NCBI GenBank assembly: GCA_963729605.1
Contig: CAVSNY010000007.1
Coordinates: 608,001 to 672,000, forward strand
DNA: 64,000 bases
Reading direction: 5' to 3'
Source of the DNA: an uncultured Gammaproteobacteria bacterium
GTDB lineage: Bacteria > Pseudomonadota > Gammaproteobacteria > DRLM01
The position numbers and the translations under genes were made by a program. The notes beneath the pieces are model-generated. The model saw nothing but the letters and a program-made list of their open reading frames with translations, made no database searches and was not told the DNA's origin. Shown here piece after piece: positions 59,135 to 64,000 of this stretch. The first letter of the stretch is position 1. Every line of letters starts with the position of its first letter.

Positions 59135-59689
59135 TTGTTTCGTACATTCAAGACGCGGGGATTGATTTTGCATCCTACACAGCTTGCCGCTGAATCTCAT
59201 CAGCTGCTCAAATTTTTGCTTGGGGCGGCCGCATTTTTATTCGTGGGTACCGTGCAGGGCGTCTTGCAGGTGCTTCCCCCCATCCGGGCCTGGCTGGATT
59301 CGGTGGGTAGCCCGATCAGCGGCCCCGGCCATATGATCGATCCGCTCGCCCATGCCCACATCAACGTGGTAGGCGGCTTGGTCATCATTGGGATGGCGGT
59401 CACTTATTATTTGTGGCCGATCTTGTCGGGACGCCCGGTATGGTCGAAGCGTTTGATCGATCATTCGTTTTGGTGGACGGCGGTGGGGGTCAGCGGTTTT
59501 TATACCACTTTATTGGTATTCGGGATCGTCGAAGGCAATTTATTGCTGAACGATCCGCAAGCCGTGCCCGCCGTGCATCGTTATTACGCCCCGGTCATCA
59601 GCATCGTATCGACCGTGATGGGGATGGGCTTCTGGATTTTTTTCATCAATGTCTTTTGTAGCTTCAGAGCCATTCACAAGAAACAATGA
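59135..59689 (+). CDS. Stand-alone 4-TM heme-copper-oxidase-repeat protein (copy 2; start uncertain)
   Basis: GTVQG, AHAHINVVGG...YYLWP..SGRPVWSKRLIDHSFW. Confidence 0.75.
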   Translation: MFRTFKTRGLILHPTQLAAESHQLLKFLLGAAAFLFVGTVQGVLQVLPPIRAWLDSVGSPISGPGHMIDPLAHAHINVVGGLVIIGMAVTYYLWPILSGRPVWSKRLIDHSFWWTAVGVSGFYTTLLVFGIVEGNLLLNDPQAVPAVHRYYAPVISIVSTVMGMGFWIFFINVFCSFRAIHKKQ

Positions 59690-60201
59690 GCATGTCCTGT
59701 GGGTGTCCCGTGGATGTCCCGGCTTGGGACGGTCAGGATATCGATCTCAGCGGGAGACATGCCCATATCCTTCCGATCCCGATGTTCATGCATATGCCCA
59801 TGGCTTATGGGCTGTACTTGCATCGCCAGCAACAACTCGTCGAAAAATTGGAGCTTGAAGAGCGCTGGCCTGGTTTAGTGTTGACCCGCACCGGTTTTTT
59901 CAGAGGCAGCCTCACCCGTTTGCTGGAAGAAACCCATTCGCCATCCCGCCATATCCAGGTGTTGCCGACCCCGTTCCGGGTGCGCGCGGTTCTGCATCGC
60001 GGCAATGTCAGCACCAGTTATAAAGTGATTCAACGCATGCAGGCCGAGCTGATCGATGCCGGCCGCGCGCCCAAGGAACTTTATATGTGTCATCTGACCT
60101 GTCCCCACTGCGAAGAGCGCAAAGGTGGCGAGCAGATTTTATTGCTGCGCCGCTGGGAAGAAAGCGCGTTTTTGAAAAAGCGGCAAGCGGGGCGCGCTTG
60201 A
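59686..60201 (+). CDS. Cys-rich soluble protein, possibly GyrI-like and metal-binding
   Basis: N-terminal CGCP, MFMHMPM, C-terminal CHLTCPHC; ATGA-coupled to the upstream gene. Confidence 0.65.
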   Translation: MSMSCGCPVDVPAWDGQDIDLSGRHAHILPIPMFMHMPMAYGLYLHRQQQLVEKLELEERWPGLVLTRTGFFRGSLTRLLEETHSPSRHIQVLPTPFRVRAVLHRGNVSTSYKVIQRMQAELIDAGRAPKELYMCHLTCPHCEERKGGEQILLLRRWEESAFLKKRQAGRA

Positions 60202-60427
60202 TCCGATAGGTTGAAAGGCTGATTCCGTGTCGCCTTCAAAATCGCACTGATTTTTTCAGCACGTAAAATCGTCGCGTTCTTGATTCGACGTTTTTTCGAT
60301 CGCGTTCAGCGTTTGACAGAATACTCTTGTCTGCACCGTGCGCAGCTTGTTTTGTGATGGTTGCCGCAGTCAGCGCCGTTCCGCGTGGTCAATTGACCGG
60401 CATCCTTGCGCCGTGCGGTCGGTGTTT

Positions 60428-60856
60428 TCAGGGCGAGTTGGCCTTCACACTGGCGATTTGTTCGCTGAGGGGGAAACGCAGCAAGCCTTGGCGGCTGTCG
60501 CGGTCGATACGCACGTACAAGATGTCCTGCGTGGGATCTCCAACCGCGATGGCGCGCCGATAAACGCCCACATGGCCATCTTGTATGGCTTGATACCAGC
60601 GTCCGTCCTCGTTGATGCGTAATGACACCATGAGGTTGTGTGCCGGTTTGTGCTGTTCGCGAGAGGCGATGATGAGAAATTCGTTCATGCCGCTGGTGGC
60701 CAAGGGCGGCCGCGTTTCAACCTGGATACGGACGTCCTCCCAGGTTTGCGCGGGCATGGAGGGGACGGGACCGCTGTCGCAGGCGCTCAGTGCCGAGCAC
60801 AAGATCACGCTTGCCCAACCGGGGAATGAATTAATTTTAAATTTAGAGTGGCGCAT
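60428..60856 (-). CDS. Ig-like lipoprotein (FixH/YtkA-like, tentative)
   Basis: Lipobox LSAC; beta-rich; QAIQDGHVGVYRR. Confidence 0.55.
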   Translation of the reverse strand: MRHSKFKINSFPGWASVILCSALSACDSGPVPSMPAQTWEDVRIQVETRPPLATSGMNEFLIIASREQHKPAHNLMVSLRINEDGRWYQAIQDGHVGVYRRAIAVGDPTQDILYVRIDRDSRQGLLRFPLSEQIASVKANSP

Positions 60857-61124
60857 GGGTCTGGTAGTAATGGGTGATCTTGCGCAGGTCTTCTTCCTCG
60901 ATGGCGGCGAGGCCTTTGGTAATCCGATGTTGTTGCATACGCAGTACGATCGGCCGCCAATCGCCCCGTGGGTGCGCGGAGGGGCGCGGCGCGGCGTGGC
61001 ATTCGCTGCACCATTTTTGAATCAAAGGTTGCACTTCATTCACCGCGGGGGTTTGAAAACCCATGGTGGCCTCCTGTTTTCCGATGTCGCAGCCGGCGCT
61101 GAGTCCGGCTGCGAGGATCAGCAA
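60843..61124 (-). CDS. Small monoheme cytochrome c lipoprotein (start uncertain)
   Basis: SAGC lipobox; CSECHAAPRPSAH...WRPIVLRM. Confidence 0.78.
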   Translation of the reverse strand: MLILAAGLSAGCDIGKQEATMGFQTPAVNEVQPLIQKWCSECHAAPRPSAHPRGDWRPIVLRMQQHRITKGLAAIEEEDLRKITHYYQTHAPL

Positions 61125-61279
61125 AAACGTCTTCAGCGTGGACGCGTTTATGCCGCGCGGGCGTGCAGTATAGAGTGTTGATGGGGTAATGGTGAATTTC
61201 TCCGTACGGCCTTTTCATCTGGATTTGACTCGTCGCTCGGTTCGGCGATTGTGGTCCAGCCGGCGTGACAAGTTGGATT

Positions 61280-61702
61280 TTAATCGGCGGATTTAGCCTT
61301 TTCGGCAGCTTGTTTCGCCTTTTTGCGCGCGCGCTGGTGCCGCCCGTCCACCATGTAATAAATCACCCCGGCCATGCTGATGACCCACACCGCGCCGGCG
61401 ACGATGCCCCAGTCGAACCAGGGCCGCTCGTAACCGGGTCGCACGCCCCAGAAGGGGAAGGTGAGGCCGGTCGCGACCAGCAAGAGTACAAAAAAGAGTG
61501 CGACAAACCAATAGGGCACGCCGTGATCCGACGAGGAATCGGCCATTTTTTCCACCATTTCCCAATCCTCGAGGCCGCGCTTGCTGATCCGGTCTTCGTC
61601 GTTGGCGTAACCCATATGATCCTGGCGTTTCTCGCCCCACTGGACCTCCTGCATGGGGCTCAGCGCCTCGTGTCCAACTTCATCGCTTTGTTTGGTCGCC
61701 AT
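61280..61702 (-). CDS. Hypothetical 2-TM membrane protein
   Basis: Acidic N-terminus, GVPYWF, two TMs; GAGG RBS directly after the ccoG-like gene. Confidence 0.7.
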   Translation of the reverse strand: MATKQSDEVGHEALSPMQEVQWGEKRQDHMGYANDEDRISKRGLEDWEMVEKMADSSSDHGVPYWFVALFFVLLLVATGLTFPFWGVRPGYERPWFDWGIVAGAVWVISMAGVIYYMVDGRHQRARKKAKQAAEKAKSAD

Positions 61703-61708
61703 GGTTCG

Positions 61709-63019
61709 TTAACCTCGCTCGACGTAGTGTTGTATCTGGAAGCTGTCCTTCCAGCCGTCCGCCGCTCGAGCGTGGACGGTGATGCTGTAAATACCGGTGG
61801 GCAGGCCGGGTTTGATATGCAGATTGAGATCCTTGCGGTCCGCCGTGGTAAATTCCGCCTGGGTTTGATTCAAACTGTACATCTCTGCGGGAATGCCTTC
61901 CACTTGCACGGCGACGGTGGCCGGGCCGTAAATTTTATTGGCGATATTGATTCGATAATCTTGGATTTGGTTCCCGTGCAGGATCTCCGCGCGGTAGACG
62001 GTGAGATGATACGGATTGTAGTCGATGATACCCCAGGCCAGCAGGCCGACGCCCAGCGCGAAGGCCGGCGCGACCCACTTGGTGCGGTTGAGCAAAGTCG
62101 TCAAAGCCATTTTGTTATTGGCGCGCTGTTTACCCTTCGGCGGGCCGAATTTCAGGCTTAAGAGGCCGGCTACGCCCTGTTTTTTATGCAGGCTGTCGCA
62201 GGCGCTGACGCATTCGCCGCAATTGATGCAGCTGTCGTAGGTCAGGGTGTTGCGCGGGTCGATATTGACCGGGCATTTGGTTTCGCAGTAGTTGCAGGTG
62301 GCGCATTCCTGTCCCCGCGCGGTGTCGTATTCGAGGTGCAAGGTGTCGCGGGTCTTGAACAGGAATTGCCACATCCGGTAGATGCACATGTAGCGGCATA
62401 CATAGTGGCGGATCAGGGCGATGTTGGTGGCGACGATGAACACGAACACCGAGTAGATCCAGTACAGCGAGTTGCTCAAGGCCGGGTGCGCTTGCAGGGT
62501 CACGAAGGCCCAGATCGCCTCGCGCGGGAGGAAATAGAGCATCGGGATGATGGAGATCAGCATCGCCGCGCCGAGGATTTTCAGGGTCAAGCTCGTCCAG
62601 TTTTGCCAGTGGTTCTTGCCGGACGAAACCCGGGTGCTGGCGGGTTCGTCCCCCCAGTTGATGATGGCGCGTTTGCCCAGCAGGCGGGAGGTGAGGTTGT
62701 TCGCCCAGGTGGAAAAGGTGTTTTGCGGGCAGACCCAGCCACAGAAGACGTTGCCCATGGTGGAATATAAAACGATGAACAGGCAGGCCGCCGCCAGCCA
62801 AAATCCGAAGACGATGAAAAAGTCGGCGAACCAGATTTGCCGATCGAGGATCACGAAACCCGACGACACATCTATTCTGAATAGACCGAGTAAGGGGATG
62901 AGGATCAGCGCGACTATCGCCCCGATACGGGTGAATTGGCGGAGACGAGCCATATTTCCGCCGCCGCCTTTGGTCTCGGTTACAATAGGAATGCGTTTAA
63001 AGGTGGCGTGCTCGCTCAT
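61709..63019 (-). CDS. CcoG/FixG-like membrane 4Fe-4S protein
   Basis: FCGWVCPQ, VCRYMC, CATCNYCETKCP, CINCGECVSAC; C-terminal Ig-like domain. Confidence 0.87.
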   Translation of the reverse strand: MSEHATFKRIPIVTETKGGGGNMARLRQFTRIGAIVALILIPLLGLFRIDVSSGFVILDRQIWFADFFIVFGFWLAAACLFIVLYSTMGNVFCGWVCPQNTFSTWANNLTSRLLGKRAIINWGDEPASTRVSSGKNHWQNWTSLTLKILGAAMLISIIPMLYFLPREAIWAFVTLQAHPALSNSLYWIYSVFVFIVATNIALIRHYVCRYMCIYRMWQFLFKTRDTLHLEYDTARGQECATCNYCETKCPVNIDPRNTLTYDSCINCGECVSACDSLHKKQGVAGLLSLKFGPPKGKQRANNKMALTTLLNRTKWVAPAFALGVGLLAWGIIDYNPYHLTVYRAEILHGNQIQDYRINIANKIYGPATVAVQVEGIPAEMYSLNQTQAEFTTADRKDLNLHIKPGLPTGIYSITVHARAADGWKDSFQIQHYVERG

Positions 63020-63228
63020 GATGCAACGGTACCCGCTTCAGTTAGGTGAACTCATCTTCCGGCTCGGCTACTTTAAGGGCTCGGACGTACAACTGTGATC
63101 ACGAAGTGGCGGCGGGGCCGGCCTCTTATTGGCTACAGGTGGGTTACGTCACCGTATTAGACGGTCCTAGCAGCATAGATTCCACTGTTGATACTATCAC
63201 TCATGGAAGTAATTGGGGAACCTCAGTC

Positions 63229-63648
63229 ATGCCTACCGCGATAAACCGCTTGCGTTCTTTGTTCGTTATATGTTTGTGCGTGTTGTTTTTGCCGGGATGT
63301 GAAACGGGCAGCCCGGTATCGGACGCGGAAGCCGTGGCCGAAAAATACTATCAGGCCTTGAAAAACCAGGATTTCGAAGGGGCGGCGGGCTTCTTCGCCG
63401 CCGGCGAACGGAGTCGCGGCCAGTGGCAGCAGGAGCTGGAGGGATATCACGGCAAATTGGGCGATTTGCAAGAAGCCAAACTTACCAATAGTTTGGTGAA
63501 TACCGTGTTCAGCGGCCGCCGTTATATTCTTACTTACAGCGTCAAATACGCCAATTTTCCCGCCACTGAAACCTTGATCATGTTCGAACCCGTCTCGGGC
63601 GAGAGCCTGTTGATAGAAGTTATCAATGTCATGTCGCGGGGCTTGTAG
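63229..63648 (+). CDS. Lipoprotein, NTF2-like (tentative)
   Basis: Lipobox LPGC; AEAVAEKYYQALKNQDF. Confidence 0.65.
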   Translation: MPTAINRLRSLFVICLCVLFLPGCETGSPVSDAEAVAEKYYQALKNQDFEGAAGFFAAGERSRGQWQQELEGYHGKLGDLQEAKLTNSLVNTVFSGRRYILTYSVKYANFPATETLIMFEPVSGESLLIEVINVMSRGL

Positions 63649-63667
63649 CCGGGCCGGACGAATTTTA

Positions 63668-63811
63668 GGAAGCTCTGAAAAATCCATCCCTGGATTTTTC
63701 AGAGACGAAAAAATGGGATTTTTGTTTTTCTTCATTTCTCGAACACGCGCGTGTTCGAGAAAGAGAGGCGCATCCCTGCACCGCACGGAACCTCTATAAA
63801 TCAGGGGTTCC
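63668..63811. mobile_element. Putative MITE, 144 bp
   Basis: Imperfect terminal inverted repeats GGAAGCTCTGA / TCAGGGGTTCC (9/11), TTTA on both flanks, internal 14-bp-stem hairpin and 28-bp perfect palindrome. Confidence 0.6.
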
Positions 63812-63812
63812 T

Positions 63813-64000
63813 TTATTTGAAATCCAGGCGCAACATCTTGCCCCCGGTTTTTTCCGCCAATTTCAGATACTCCCGTTCGGTATACGGGTCGGAGCGGCCA
63901 AATGGCAGCGTAAACACCGGGCGGGGAATGTCGCTGTATTGGATGGTGTCGTCCGAGGGTTCGTCGCCGATCAGCATATAGGCGCCCGGTAAAGGCGCCC
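63813..64000 (-). CDS. C-terminal part of a probable VWA-domain protein (runs off the window)
   Basis: ...AYMLIGDEPSDD...PVFTLPFG...YLKLAEKTGGKMLRLDFK-stop. Confidence 0.55.
   Translation of the reverse strand, partial: APLPGAYMLIGDEPSDDTIQYSDIPRPVFTLPFGRSDPYTEREYLKLAEKTGGKMLRLDFK

Noticed and set aside
63020-63180. Possible riboswitch upstream of the ccoG-like gene
   Set aside because: I could not match a known aptamer consensus; a covariance-model search would be needed.

Overview
GC-rich gammaproteobacterial-type chromosomal window with three parts. (1) Housekeeping backbone: spoT-ridA-recG, ubiC-ubiA, kdsD-kdsC-lptCAB-rpoN-hpf-ptsN-hprK-rapZ-EIIA-HPr-ptsI-mgtE, a hydantoinase/oxoprolinase, a Gld-like ABC system and mutM. 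(2) A ~16.6 kb type III-A CRISPR-Cas island between recG and ubiC, on the minus strand: cas6, a NE0113-type CARF-wHTH gene, cas10-csm2-5, an antisense RHH/PIN toxin-antitoxin pair, csx16, card1/can2, cam1, a doubled adaptation module (cas2-cas1-degenerate cas1-cas2) and a 27-repeat/26-spacer array. (3) A ~20 kb cluster, partly lower in GC, built around a divergent cbb3-like (C-family) heme-copper oxidase. It has extra cytochromes, two stand-alone 4-TM oxidase-repeat proteins, many micro-proteins and unexpected enzymes. The top new observations are: an 11-bp GGCAAGCTTGC box in front of four cas genes, next to a CARF-wHTH protein that could bind it; an exact 37-bp duplication around a unique 34-bp insert at the end of mgtE, with the geometry of an off-target Cas1-Cas2 integration; the pseudo-Cas1/dual-Cas2 module; and the oxidase supercluster. 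All calls come from reading motifs by eye; no database search was run. Apparent frameshifts in spoT and kdsD suggest assembly indel errors.
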